From NCBI GenBank assembly GCA_965267575.1, contig OZ254086.1:4352001-4416000 (forward strand): a stretch of 64,000 nt of DNA, read 5' to 3'. Positions 28,120 through 38,345 of the stretch are shown one piece after another (position 1 is the first letter of the stretch; each line of letters starts with the position of its first letter). This DNA is from Calditrichales bacterium (GTDB lineage Bacteria > Calditrichota > Calditrichia > Calditrichales > J004). The notes under the pieces were generated by a model, which saw only the letters and a list, made by a program, of their open reading frames with translations, had not been told where the DNA came from and made no database searches. A program made the translations under genes and the position numbers.

Positions 28120-31100
28120 TTAAGCCTCGCTTAATTCCACAGTTTCTTTTTCACGCGCCACAACGCTGTACACCGTCGGGATAACCACAAGCGTCAACAA
28201 CGTGGATGTAATCAATCCGACAATAACCGTAATGGCCATCGGCGTACGGATTTCCGCGCCGTCGCCAAAACCCAGCGCCATGGGCAGCAGACCCAGAACC
28301 GTCGTGGCCGTCGTCATCAGGATGGGGCGCAGACGGGCCTGCCCTGCTTCGCGGATAGCATCCAGGGCCGATAAGCCGGATTCGCGTAAGTGGTTGATAT
28401 AATCCACCAAAACAATCGCGTTGTTTACCACAATTCCCGCGAGCATGATTAAGCCCAGAAAAACGACGATGCTCAGCGGAATATTCAAAATATATAGCGA
28501 AATGACCACGCCAATGATTGCCAAAGGTATGGTAAAAATGATCACAAAAGGATGGATCAGCGACTCGAATTGCGAGGCCATTACGATATAAACGAGAAAG
28601 ATGGCCAGCGCCAGTGCCATCATCAGGCTGTTCAGCGAGGTTTCCATCTCTTTGTTCTGCCCCGCCAGCTCGAATGTAAAGTCCGTTGGCAGGTCCATGC
28701 TTTGTAATTCATCATAAATCTGGTTGTTAATATTCTTCAGATTGTATCCTGACTGAACGTTGGCTGTTATGAGAGCCGTGCGCTGCTGGTCCACGCGACG
28801 GATTTCCGACGGTCCTTCATTAATGCGGATATCTGCGACAGCGGAAAGCGGAATAGGACGCCCCTCACCGGGATTAATTACCAGCCGGCGCAGGTCATCG
28901 ATACTTTCCTTGTCTTCTTCACGCAAACGTACCAGGATGTCGATCTTGCGGTCCTCTTCCTTGAATTCGGTGGCTACGTCGCCGCGGATTTTATTACGCA
29001 CGATCGAAGCGACTTCCAGCACGTTCAGCCCAAGATGGGAAAGACGCTGGCGGTCATAATAAATCTGCACTTCCGGATTCCCGCGCTGCAGGTTGGTCCG
29101 TGCGTCCACAATACCGGGAATACCGGCGATCGTCTCCTCAAGATCCTGGCTTATATCCTGCAGTTTGGTCAGGTTAAAGCCTTTCAGGTGCACTTCAACG
29201 GGCGTTTTAAAGCTGAACAACGTGGGCCGTGCTATGTTGGCCGCTATTCCCGGATAACCCTCCATAATATTACGAATATCGGCAATAACGATCTCTTCCC
29301 ATTTTTCAAAATTGCGCTCCGGATCAATGGTAACGGTGAGCTTTGCGGTGTGCTCGCCTTCTTCGCTATCGGAAGTGGCGCTCTTGTCCGTACCGGCTAC
29401 GGATGCCACCTTATTGACACCTTCCAGCCCGTCGATTTCGTTCATGATATCCATCAGGCGCTGGTCGGTTTGCTCCACCGGAGTTCCCACGGGCATGGTA
29501 ATTTCAACAAAAAATTCGCCCTGATGCACTTCCGGGATCAGCTCGCTGCCCAGCCGCGGACCCAGGACAAAAACCGTAAAAGCAAAAAGCACAAGCACAC
29601 CCGCGATAACCGCAAGCTTGTTATCCAATGACTTCTGCAGCAGAACGGGGTAGCCTTTTTCGATACGGCTGTAAACAAAATCGAAGCCCTTAACAAGCAG
29701 ATTGGTAAGCGGCGTAAAAACAAGGCGAACCAGCAGGTACAGCATGTATACAAAAAGTCCCACAAGGATGAAAAGCGCATGCGCGATGCGGAAAATAAAT
29801 TCGAGAATGACAAATGCGATGTACTTGCCAAGGCTGAATAGCGAACGGAATGCGGCGCCCAGCAGCCATGGCACAAATGTCAGTGCGGATTTTCCTTTAA
29901 CGCTCTCACGGATACCGGCAAAATCGTCGTAAAGGGCGATAGCGCTTTTGATCTCCGCGTAGCTGTCCCAGACCTTGTCACGCAGCCATGTGGATGGTTT
30001 GTTTTCTGCAGATGCCAGCGAACGCACCCAGCGTGAATAGCGAAAATCGCCAAGCACAAAACGCAGCAGAAAAAGCACCGGCGTTAACAGCGTGAGCAGC
30101 GTGATCGCAAAAACCTTGAAGAGGGCCGCGAAAAAGGCCAGCAACATTAAGCCGCTCTTAAGCAGCCAGCTGCCGATAGTGCGCACAACCAGGCTGATCC
30201 AAAGACCGGCTTTTTCCATTTTGGTTTGCTCGTTGGCCGGATTGAATAAAGCGTCCACGTTTCCGCGCAAGGGTATATCGAGAATATAATCTTTGGGAAT
30301 GGTTTGCATTTTTGTACCGCGTACGAACGTTTCCGTTCTGCGTGAAGCAAGCATCGGTATCAGGAAAAGGGCTACCAGGAGCGATGCGATCAATGAAAAA
30401 ACGACAGTCAGCGCCATATCTCCGAAGACCTGGCCGGCAACACCTTCCACAAATACAATCGGAAAAAACACTGCGATTGTTGTAAGCGTTGACGCGATTA
30501 CGGCCCCGCCCACTTCGCTCACGCCACGCAGCGTCGCGCGGATCAGATCGTCACCTTCTTCGCGGCAGCGGTAAATGCTTTCCAACACAACAATGGAGTT
30601 ATCCACAAGCATACCGATACCCAGCGCCAAACCACCCAGCGACATGATATTCAGTGTCACGTCAAATATCTTCATCGGCGCAAAGGTGGCCACGATGGAA
30701 ATGGGAATGGCCACGGCAATAATGACGGTGGGCGACATGCGGCGCAGGAAAATAAACAACACAATCACCGCCAGAACGGCGCCCCACATGGCCGTGCTTT
30801 TCACTTCATTAATTGAGCTTTCAATAAAAACAGACTGGTCTGAGAGTGTTTCAATATTTATGCCTTCCGGCAGACTGAAAGAGAGAAAATTTGTCATGCG
30901 GGCCTTTTGCAGATCTTCGCCGCCACGGCCGCGCCTTCCGGGAGGTCCGCCCTGCTTAGCCTCTTTTTTCTCTTCTTTTACTTCTTTTTTGCTCTCTTTT
31001 TCGGCCTCACGGCGTTTCATCTCAGCAACAAATTGCTGCTGTTCCGGAGTACCGTACAACTTATCTTTTACGCGCTGGGCCACGGCAACAATATTGGCGT

Positions 31101-31992
31101 CGGCCTCTTTGAAAATTTCGATTTCGACACTCTCGGTACCGCCGATACGGGTGATGATCTCGCGCTCTTTGCTGGTGCGGTAAACGTTGCCGACATCCTT
31201 GATCTTGATATCGACGCCGTTCCAGTTACCGATCACCAGGTTTTCGATTTCACGCGTATTGCGGAATTCATTCAGTGTGCGCACCAGGTACTCGGTCTGG
31301 CCTTCTTTCAGATTGCCTCCGGCCAGGTTTACGTTTTCTTCGCCAAGCCGGTCACGCACCGTCTGAATGTCCATCCCGATCAGGGTGAGCTGTTTTTCGT
31401 TCAGTTCCACGCGGATCTCTTCTTCCAGACCGCCCTTTACTTTTACAGCCGCCACGCCATCGACCGTTTCCAAAGCACGCTTAAGCTCTTCCTCGGAGAT
31501 GTAGCGCAAGTAGGTCAGCGGCGCATCACCGTACAAACCGACGCGCATAATCGGATCAAGGGAGGGGTCAAAACGCAGGATCAGCGGTCTTTTAGCGTCT
31601 TCCGGCAAAAATACCTGGTCCAGCTTTTCACGGATATCGGCGGTGGCCTTATCCATGTCTGTGTCCCAGGTAAAATCAAGAATGACATCCGATTGCTCGG
31701 CTTTGGAAATGGAACTGATCTGTACCAGGTTATCCACCACGCCCAATGCCTGTTCGATCGGCCGGGAGATGGTTGTTTCCATTTCCTCGGGCGCCGTACC
31801 CGGATACTCGGTACGTACGGTCAGGCTGGGATAGGTCATTTCCGGCATCAGGTTCAATGGTAGTTGCTGGTAAGAAATCCAGCCAAAAACCATCACGCCA
31901 ATCACCACCATCAGGATAGCGACCGGACGCTTTACGGTAAAGTCGTAAAGGTGAGAACGTATATCTTTTATGCTTCGTTTAGGTTGCGACAT
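28120..31992 (-). CDS. RND efflux permease with large internal insertions (1290 aa)
   Basis: GMLVDNSIVVLE, GIVVNNAIVLVD and RLRPILMT; longer than the usual ~1050 aa. Confidence 0.93.
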   Translation of the reverse strand: MSQPKRSIKDIRSHLYDFTVKRPVAILMVVIGVMVFGWISYQQLPLNLMPEMTYPSLTVRTEYPGTAPEEMETTISRPIEQALGVVDNLVQISSISKAEQSDVILDFTWDTDMDKATADIREKLDQVFLPEDAKRPLILRFDPSLDPIMRVGLYGDAPLTYLRYISEEELKRALETVDGVAAVKVKGGLEEEIRVELNEKQLTLIGMDIQTVRDRLGEENVNLAGGNLKEGQTEYLVRTLNEFRNTREIENLVIGNWNGVDIKIKDVGNVYRTSKEREIITRIGGTESVEIEIFKEADANIVAVAQRVKDKLYGTPEQQQFVAEMKRREAEKESKKEVKEEKKEAKQGGPPGRRGRGGEDLQKARMTNFLSFSLPEGINIETLSDQSVFIESSINEVKSTAMWGAVLAVIVLFIFLRRMSPTVIIAVAIPISIVATFAPMKIFDVTLNIMSLGGLALGIGMLVDNSIVVLESIYRCREEGDDLIRATLRGVSEVGGAVIASTLTTIAVFFPIVFVEGVAGQVFGDMALTVVFSLIASLLVALFLIPMLASRRTETFVRGTKMQTIPKDYILDIPLRGNVDALFNPANEQTKMEKAGLWISLVVRTIGSWLLKSGLMLLAFFAALFKVFAITLLTLLTPVLFLLRFVLGDFRYSRWVRSLASAENKPSTWLRDKVWDSYAEIKSAIALYDDFAGIRESVKGKSALTFVPWLLGAAFRSLFSLGKYIAFVILEFIFRIAHALFILVGLFVYMLYLLVRLVFTPLTNLLVKGFDFVYSRIEKGYPVLLQKSLDNKLAVIAGVLVLFAFTVFVLGPRLGSELIPEVHQGEFFVEITMPVGTPVEQTDQRLMDIMNEIDGLEGVNKVASVAGTDKSATSDSEEGEHTAKLTVTIDPERNFEKWEEIVIADIRNIMEGYPGIAANIARPTLFSFKTPVEVHLKGFNLTKLQDISQDLEETIAGIPGIVDARTNLQRGNPEVQIYYDRQRLSHLGLNVLEVASIVRNKIRGDVATEFKEEDRKIDILVRLREEDKESIDDLRRLVINPGEGRPIPLSAVADIRINEGPSEIRRVDQQRTALITANVQSGYNLKNINNQIYDELQSMDLPTDFTFELAGQNKEMETSLNSLMMALALAIFLVYIVMASQFESLIHPFVIIFTIPLAIIGVVISLYILNIPLSIVVFLGLIMLAGIVVNNAIVLVDYINHLRESGLSALDAIREAGQARLRPILMTTATTVLGLLPMALGFGDGAEIRTPMAITVIVGLITSTLLTLVVIPTVYSVVAREKETVELSEA

Positions 31993-32012
31993 ATTTACTC
32001 CGCTGTTCGGCC

Positions 32013-33161
32013 TTACAGCTCTTCACTGCTGGCAATCGCGTTATTTCTTTCTGCTACTATCCGCACAGGTGTTTTATCCTTAAGGCCGGACTGCCCGACG
32101 ACGATCACTTTATCGCCCTCTTCTATTTTGGAAAGTGCTTCCACTTTTTCACTGTCTTCAAAGCCAACATCAAGTCTCACTTTGTGCGCCAAACTGTCGC
32201 GCACGACAAATACATTCACTGCCTCATTCTCATAGACAATGGCCGTTTTGGGGATAAGCACGGCGTCATCGCGTGTATCGATAATCAGGTGTACATTGAC
32301 GAACATCCCCGGACGCAGCATATTCTGGTTGTTGCGTACGCCAACGGTCACCTTAAACGTGCCACTGGAGGGATCTACAACAGGACTTACGCGCTTAATG
32401 CGTCCGCTGAACTCTTCGCCCTTCATATTGTCAGAATAGATACGGGCTTCCTGGCCTGTTTGCAGCTGGTTAATATTCTTTTCCGGCACGTAAAGTACCG
32501 CAATCATTTCCGTCGTATTCACTACGGAAAAAAGCTTATCGGTCGGCTGAATGCGCTCACCGATCTTGGTTAGCCTTTCGCCAACGCGGCCGCTAATCGG
32601 CGCGTCAATACTCATATAATCGAGTTGAAGCTGGGCCTCTTTCCAGGCGATTTCCGCGGAACGCAGCGCAAAGCGGGCATCTTCAAACTCCTCGTCGCTG
32701 AGCAGGGCTTCACTGTGCATCACTTCCATGCGCTTAAAAGCGTTCAGCTGCTTCTCGTATTCTACGCGTGCTCTTTCCTCGGCAAGCTCAAACTCCTCGG
32801 CTTCCAGCTTTAGCATCACTTCGCCTTTTTGCACATACTGCCCTTCTTCTTTAATGATCTCTTCGACAATGCCCTGTGCCCGGGCGTATACATCGGCCTG
32901 GATTTCGGTTTCAAGGTTGGAGCTAAGTAATATAAAGTTGCTGATGGTGCCGCGCTGAATGGTTGTAATCTCTACAGGTATTTTATCCTGGTCAGCTGCA
33001 GCGCGGGGGCCTTGCGGCTTTTCTTCGGCGGCTGTCGTATCGTTCTGTTTGTTTTCCGCAGACTGCGCGTTTTCGGCAGAAGCCTGTCCGCCGCCACAAG
33101 CGGTCAGAAGCATGGCAGCCAAAACAGCCAGAAATATCAATGGTAGTAAACGTTTCATCAT
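32013..33161 (-). CDS. RND periplasmic adaptor (membrane fusion protein), lipoprotein
   Basis: Lipobox LTAC; lipoyl motifs (EEGQYVQKGE, IDAPISGRV); LRPGMFV. Start moved to ATG 33161 (33158 also possible). Confidence 0.92.
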   Translation of the reverse strand: MMKRLLPLIFLAVLAAMLLTACGGGQASAENAQSAENKQNDTTAAEEKPQGPRAAADQDKIPVEITTIQRGTISNFILLSSNLETEIQADVYARAQGIVEEIIKEEGQYVQKGEVMLKLEAEEFELAEERARVEYEKQLNAFKRMEVMHSEALLSDEEFEDARFALRSAEIAWKEAQLQLDYMSIDAPISGRVGERLTKIGERIQPTDKLFSVVNTTEMIAVLYVPEKNINQLQTGQEARIYSDNMKGEEFSGRIKRVSPVVDPSSGTFKVTVGVRNNQNMLRPGMFVNVHLIIDTRDDAVLIPKTAIVYENEAVNVFVVRDSLAHKVRLDVGFEDSEKVEALSKIEEGDKVIVVGQSGLKDKTPVRIVAERNNAIASSEEL

Positions 33162-33325
33162 GTTCTCCATGGGAAGGTTTTTTGCGTTAAAATCAACATT
33201 GTCACAAAAACGAGTTTTCACCCGAGTTGTTTCACATAATATAGCAATTTAAGGCTTTTTTATTTCAAAACGGCCAAACTAATTTTCGAGTGATTGTCAC
33301 ATTTTATGGAGAAAGTAATTAAGGT

Positions 33326-33365
33326 AAAAACAAAGGGCTGTGCCCTGACGAACAAAGCACAGCCC
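33326..33365 (-). terminator. Putative terminator after the PorV/TBDR cluster
   Basis: GGGCTGTGC/GCACAGCCC stem with a 13-nt loop, then TTTGTTTTT on the minus strand. Confidence 0.65.
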
Positions 33366-33373
33366 AAAAAGCC

Positions 33374-34489
33374 TTAAAGCTGGTTTGAAAGAATAAACAT
33401 CAAGATGCGGTTGTTGCCGCTGTCACTTACATAGACAATCTGCTCTTCGCTTTGCGGCAAAACGGCGATTCCCCTGGGCCTGCTGAAAACAACGTCATCA
33501 TCGTTGCTGCCATCGCCGATGAAAGATTGGACAATATTGCCCGAGGTAAGCGAAAAACGGTAAAAGGCCGGCTTGATGCTGCCATCCGGTGAACCCGGTT
33601 CTACCACAAACACAAATCCCGATAGATCGAGGGCAACATCTTCAGGCTTATAGTAAAAAGAAGAATCGTAAATATCCCGGCCGATCAGCGATATGTTGGG
33701 GGTTATTATCGTACTGCCTTCAACAATATCCGTGGTGATGTGCTGTACCTTGAAGTTGTTGTTATACAAGCGGGTAAAGCCCTGCTGCGTGAAAATAAAA
33801 GCCGGTGTATTCTCTTGCGACGAAATATCCAAAAAACGCTCACGCAGAGAAACAATGGAAGTCGGGATAAGCGCGGAAAAAAGACCGGTGCCATCCGGGA
33901 ACAGCGGCAACGGGCCATTCCAGACGTGGTCACCCTGGAACTGGTAAATAAAACTGGCATTCCTGCGCGAAGAAGTGTCTGCCGCATTGAAGCCGGTTAC
34001 ATAGTATTCAAAGCCATTGTAAACGGAAATACCGGTAAATTGATTGTCCGGCTCGCTGGTCTGCTCAAATACCACTTCCACGGGCGCGTCGGCAATGCGG
34101 TGGTTGTACTTGAAAAGATCGATTTTGTAAACTTTGTTGGTTTTGCCAACGACGAGCAGCTGCAGGCTGTCATTTTGCGTAATCGCTTCCGGTTTAGGGA
34201 TAAAGCTGGAAATCCCCTGCACCTGGCCGCCCACGTCCATCATTACGATGCGGTCGTTATCCGTATCGGCGACATAAAGAAAATTGTCGGCACCGATATA
34301 CACATCACCGGGATTAGAGAAACCGCGATCGATGGTGCCAAACAAAACATACTCAACCTCGTTGAGGCCGGGGAACTGCTCTTCGGTTTCCGGGATGACC
34401 GGTAATTGCGTTTTTTCCGTGGTGCAACCCGCCAACAATGAAACAATCAATACAGCAAAAGAAATTTTTTTGTAAAACATATTCAGCAA
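33374..34489 (-). CDS. NHL-repeat-like beta-propeller lipoprotein
   Basis: Lipobox LLAGC; FSNPGDVY...LYVADTDNDRI and FSRPRGIAV...YVSDSGNNRI. Confidence 0.8.
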   Translation of the reverse strand: MLNMFYKKISFAVLIVSLLAGCTTEKTQLPVIPETEEQFPGLNEVEYVLFGTIDRGFSNPGDVYIGADNFLYVADTDNDRIVMMDVGGQVQGISSFIPKPEAITQNDSLQLLVVGKTNKVYKIDLFKYNHRIADAPVEVVFEQTSEPDNQFTGISVYNGFEYYVTGFNAADTSSRRNASFIYQFQGDHVWNGPLPLFPDGTGLFSALIPTSIVSLRERFLDISSQENTPAFIFTQQGFTRLYNNNFKVQHITTDIVEGSTIITPNISLIGRDIYDSSFYYKPEDVALDLSGFVFVVEPGSPDGSIKPAFYRFSLTSGNIVQSFIGDGSNDDDVVFSRPRGIAVLPQSEEQIVYVSDSGNNRILMFILSNQL

Positions 34490-34510
34490 TCCGCTCTCCG
34501 GTTTAAGCGC

Positions 34511-35494
34511 TTAGAACATAAACTGGACGGCAAAACGGTTTACAAAACCAAGCCGGCCAAAGTCTGTCAGCGCGTAGTCCATTTTTAAATCGGTTATGGC
34601 TGTGGGCAGAAAAAATCCCAGCCCCGCAGAGAAATTTTCCTCGGTGCTGCCCGTGCGAAAACCGCCGCGCAGGGCAAATTGATTAAACAGCGTATATTCA
34701 AGACCCAGGCTGATGTTCTCTTTGTTGTCGTTGGGGTGATTCAATTGCAGCGACGCGCTCACTTTGTGATTTTCAATTTCGTACACCTCGGAAGCGAGGC
34801 CCATGCGCAGCACCGTCGGCGGCGGAAAAGCCTGGAAGTCATTGATGCGCACAGTTTCATTGTTCAGGTCGCGGTCTTCTATGCTGCCTTCGGGACTCAT
34901 ATCTTCGCCGAAGTTCGTAACAACCATGGCAAAGCGGATGTTATGAAAGCCAGTGTCATAGTAAGTACCCAGGTCAAAAAGAAGTGAACGCATCTCCAGC
35001 CCGTAGACCGATTCCTGCATAAATTTGGCTGTAACGCCAAAGGAGAACTGGCTGGTTAATCGCCGCGAGTAGCTTAAGCCCACCAGAAAATCACTAAAAG
35101 TAAAGGTGCGTCCGGTGCCCAGCGGCTGCAGCTCCGTTGTTTCCTTCATATCCCCGCTGGTCAGGTGCGTAATGGCCAGGCCCAGCGCGTTGGCATCATT
35201 CAAATGCCAGATGATGCCGCCATAATTGATATCAACATCCACCACCCATTCCACACGGGAGAAGATTACGCGGTTCTTTTCGGCCAGGATCATGCCGGCA
35301 GGGTTCCAGTAAAGCGCTTCGGCATCATCGGCCATGGCCGTGAATGCTTCACCCATGCCAATGGCCCGGGCGCCCACACCTATTTTAAGAAACTGTGCCG
35401 CCGCCGTGCCGGCCCGCTGCCCACCCAGGTTGGGGAAAAGCTGTGCCTGCAAAGCAAATGTGAATGTCAGCAGAATAAAGATCGTTTTTTTCAT
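34511..35494 (-). CDS. PorV/PorQ-family outer-membrane beta-barrel
   Basis: Signal peptide; AQFLKIGVGARAIGMGEA...ALYWNPAG; amphipathic strands; terminal Phe. Confidence 0.88.
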   Translation of the reverse strand: MKKTIFILLTFTFALQAQLFPNLGGQRAGTAAAQFLKIGVGARAIGMGEAFTAMADDAEALYWNPAGMILAEKNRVIFSRVEWVVDVDINYGGIIWHLNDANALGLAITHLTSGDMKETTELQPLGTGRTFTFSDFLVGLSYSRRLTSQFSFGVTAKFMQESVYGLEMRSLLFDLGTYYDTGFHNIRFAMVVTNFGEDMSPEGSIEDRDLNNETVRINDFQAFPPPTVLRMGLASEVYEIENHKVSASLQLNHPNDNKENISLGLEYTLFNQFALRGGFRTGSTEENFSAGLGFFLPTAITDLKMDYALTDFGRLGFVNRFAVQFMF

Positions 35495-35503
35495 AATCGT
35501 TTA

Positions 35504-38323
35504 TCAGAATTGTACGGATACACCAAACCGGATATTGCGCGGCGCCTTGTAGCGTGCCGGGTTCAGCGGGAACGGCGACGAAATCGGATAGGTTCTGTCC
35601 GGATAATTCGGATCGTTCCAGCCTTTTGGCACCGGGTCGCCATATTCATAGGCCCTGCCCGTAACCGGGTTGATAATCTGAGCGTTTTGGTTGTTTAAAA
35701 GATTTTTTACTTCCAGGGAGAGGCCATAGCGCATGCCAAACAAATCAAAGTATTTGGCAAAATTCAGGTCGACCCACTTCCAGCTTGTAGCCACTTTGCT
35801 GAAATAATCGGTCTGGTCATTGACAGGATCGTATTCGGGCCGACCGTCGGCAGCAAAACCGCTGAGATAATGCGGCGTATAGCGCTTGCCGGCCTGGGCA
35901 AAAAAGTACAGGCTCAGGTTCCAGTCATCAAACATGTTCCAGCCAAACAGAGACGGGTGCTCGCCCTTGGGCACGCGGAAAGCGATGTTGGCAGAAGCCT
36001 GCCAGGGGCGGTCCCAACGGGCCACCAGCTCTTTAACCGGGGGCTCCGAGATTTGCTGCGTTGCCACCAGCAGCGCCACGTCGGAGTTGGAAGATTTTGT
36101 CGTGGTCAGCGATATGCCACCGGAAACGGTGCCGTAAAGATATTTCCCTATACGGGTTTTATACTCCAGCTCCAGGCCGCGCGAACGGGCGTAATCCTGG
36201 TTCACATAGAAGATGGCCGTTCCCACGCGCTCCAGTGTTGTAGTAACCGTCTGCACGTAGTCGAAGATATCCTTGTAGTAAGCCGTGGCATTCAGCACGT
36301 TGTCTTCGCCGAATTTGTGGCGGATGCCCATTTCGTAAATCACGCTTGTTTCCGGGTTCAGGCTGGGATTGCCATATTTCTGAAAAGACGATTTAGAGCT
36401 GGCCGGCGAAAGCTTGGCATAGACAAACTGCGGCCGCGGTCTTTTGGAAAAATGGCCGTAATTGATATAAAACATCTGGTTGTTGGAAATGGGGAAGGAC
36501 ACACCCAGACGCGGCATCAGGCGAAGCTTAACACGGCGACCGAACATGTCATACGATTCATTTTTGTATTTTTCGCGGATGCCCTCAGTTAGAATGCTGT
36601 TTTCATCTTCAACGGCGCGGTCGGCAAATTCGCCCGGTGCCCACCAGTCCAGGCGCAGGCCGGCATTAAGGATAAAGCCGCTGAGCCGCATCTCATCCTG
36701 CACAAAGAAAGCACCGTCCGCCGGATGCACGCGGTAGATATCCTGGCTGGAACCAAACAGACCCACCCAGGGGTCGGCAATATCAATCAGCTGCAGCTCC
36801 TGGAAAGAAGCTTCCATACCGGCCTTGGCCGTGTGTACATCCTGAAATTTGCTGGTGATCTCGCCTTTGAACGTGTAGTTCTCAACATGGTGGTCGTGCC
36901 AGATATAGGCATTGCCGTAATCAATAAAACCGTCGCCGGGGATAACGCGCACGCTGTTGTCATCAGGGAAAAAATACTCCACGGGCACGCGGGCCGCGTC
37001 AAAGGGCTGCTGGTACTGGTCCCAGCGTGCGCCACGCCAGTCACTTCGGAAGCGCGCGAAATAGCGGCTAAAGCGCCATTCGGAAAATGTGGTTTTGTTG
37101 TGCGTGTGCTGCCACTTCAGACCGATTTGCTCGTTGTCGTGCGTGTAGGTATTAAAGTTGTCCAGATTTTTTGAAAAATCATAAGGGAAGCCGGGACTGG
37201 GCTCTACATATTCCAGGTTGGTCTGCAGCACCTGCGTATTCTGGTTGATAACCAGCGAACGGTTATAGGAATAGGTCAGCGTGTTGGTCGGATTGGCTTT
37301 CCAGGTCAGTTTAAACAGAAATGACCAGTTGTTGTTTTGGCGCGGTGCCAGGGATTCATCGCCAAAAAGGCCATTTAGCCGGGGACCAATGGGCGTGCTG
37401 AGCGATGTCGCCGTTGCCCCCGTGTAGTCATCCGACAGGTTGGCGTAAAAATTTGTGAAAAAGTAAAAATCACCCGGCAGGTCCAAACCAATCGAAGGCA
37501 CCAGCTTGCTGGTAAACGGCTCCGGGCCGCTCAGGTTAAATTCGTATTGATCACCGTTAAAACTGAAATCCTCACCTTTAAACAATCCGGCATGATCGCT
37601 TTTGTAGGAGAAGTAACCTTCATACTTATCGCCGCCGCTTTTGGTCTTTACTTTCACAACACCGGAAGTGGCCTGGCCATACTGGGCGTCAAAGCCACCG
37701 GTGATCACCTCAACTTCCTCGATGGCATTGGCTGAAACGTTAAGTCCGAAACCGGTACCGGAGAGCGGGTCCTGAACCGAGATGCCATCCAGCAGGTACT
37801 GCGCCTCATAAGCGCGGCCGCCGCGGATGTGCACGGCATTGTCCTGTTTTACCACGCTGACCTGCTGCGTAACCAGGTCTATGGCGTCGTTGACGATGCG
37901 GTCGGCAATCTCATCACTGGAAAAGGAGCGCACGGTGCTGGTTTCTTCAATATTCATCAGCTCCTTTTTGCCGATCACTTCAATTTCCTGCCCCAAAGCC
38001 AGGCTGCTGGACTGCATTTCAAAATTGATCGTGACGGGATTGCCTTCTTCCACTCTAACGCCGGTCTGGCGGATCACCTTGTAGCCGATGTAGGAAACTT
38101 CCAGTGTGTACTCGGCCGGCTCCAGCCCGTCGATTTTAAAAAAACCGTCATTGTCGGTCGAGGCGCCCTGGTAGGTACCAATCACGCTGATGTTCACGCC
38201 AATCAGCGGCTCGCCCGTCTCGGCATCGGTAATAAATCCGCGGACCTGCGTATCCTGCGCTGCGGCCATTGAGACGATCATTAATGAAATAAAAAGTAGT
38301 TTGCTTAAAAAGTGTTGCTTCAT
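35504..38323 (-). CDS. TonB-dependent receptor with an N-terminal carboxypeptidase-regulatory-like domain
   Basis: GFITDAETGEPLIGVNI; plug HIRGGR...IEEVEVITGGFDAQYG; PRLGVSFPI; GNPSLNPE; terminal Phe. Confidence 0.93.
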   Translation of the reverse strand: MKQHFLSKLLFISLMIVSMAAAQDTQVRGFITDAETGEPLIGVNISVIGTYQGASTDNDGFFKIDGLEPAEYTLEVSYIGYKVIRQTGVRVEEGNPVTINFEMQSSSLALGQEIEVIGKKELMNIEETSTVRSFSSDEIADRIVNDAIDLVTQQVSVVKQDNAVHIRGGRAYEAQYLLDGISVQDPLSGTGFGLNVSANAIEEVEVITGGFDAQYGQATSGVVKVKTKSGGDKYEGYFSYKSDHAGLFKGEDFSFNGDQYEFNLSGPEPFTSKLVPSIGLDLPGDFYFFTNFYANLSDDYTGATATSLSTPIGPRLNGLFGDESLAPRQNNNWSFLFKLTWKANPTNTLTYSYNRSLVINQNTQVLQTNLEYVEPSPGFPYDFSKNLDNFNTYTHDNEQIGLKWQHTHNKTTFSEWRFSRYFARFRSDWRGARWDQYQQPFDAARVPVEYFFPDDNSVRVIPGDGFIDYGNAYIWHDHHVENYTFKGEITSKFQDVHTAKAGMEASFQELQLIDIADPWVGLFGSSQDIYRVHPADGAFFVQDEMRLSGFILNAGLRLDWWAPGEFADRAVEDENSILTEGIREKYKNESYDMFGRRVKLRLMPRLGVSFPISNNQMFYINYGHFSKRPRPQFVYAKLSPASSKSSFQKYGNPSLNPETSVIYEMGIRHKFGEDNVLNATAYYKDIFDYVQTVTTTLERVGTAIFYVNQDYARSRGLELEYKTRIGKYLYGTVSGGISLTTTKSSNSDVALLVATQQISEPPVKELVARWDRPWQASANIAFRVPKGEHPSLFGWNMFDDWNLSLYFFAQAGKRYTPHYLSGFAADGRPEYDPVNDQTDYFSKVATSWKWVDLNFAKYFDLFGMRYGLSLEVKNLLNNQNAQIINPVTGRAYEYGDPVPKGWNDPNYPDRTYPISSPFPLNPARYKAPRNIRFGVSVQF

Positions 38324-38345
38324 GGTATAGACGTTCAGCGTCGTT

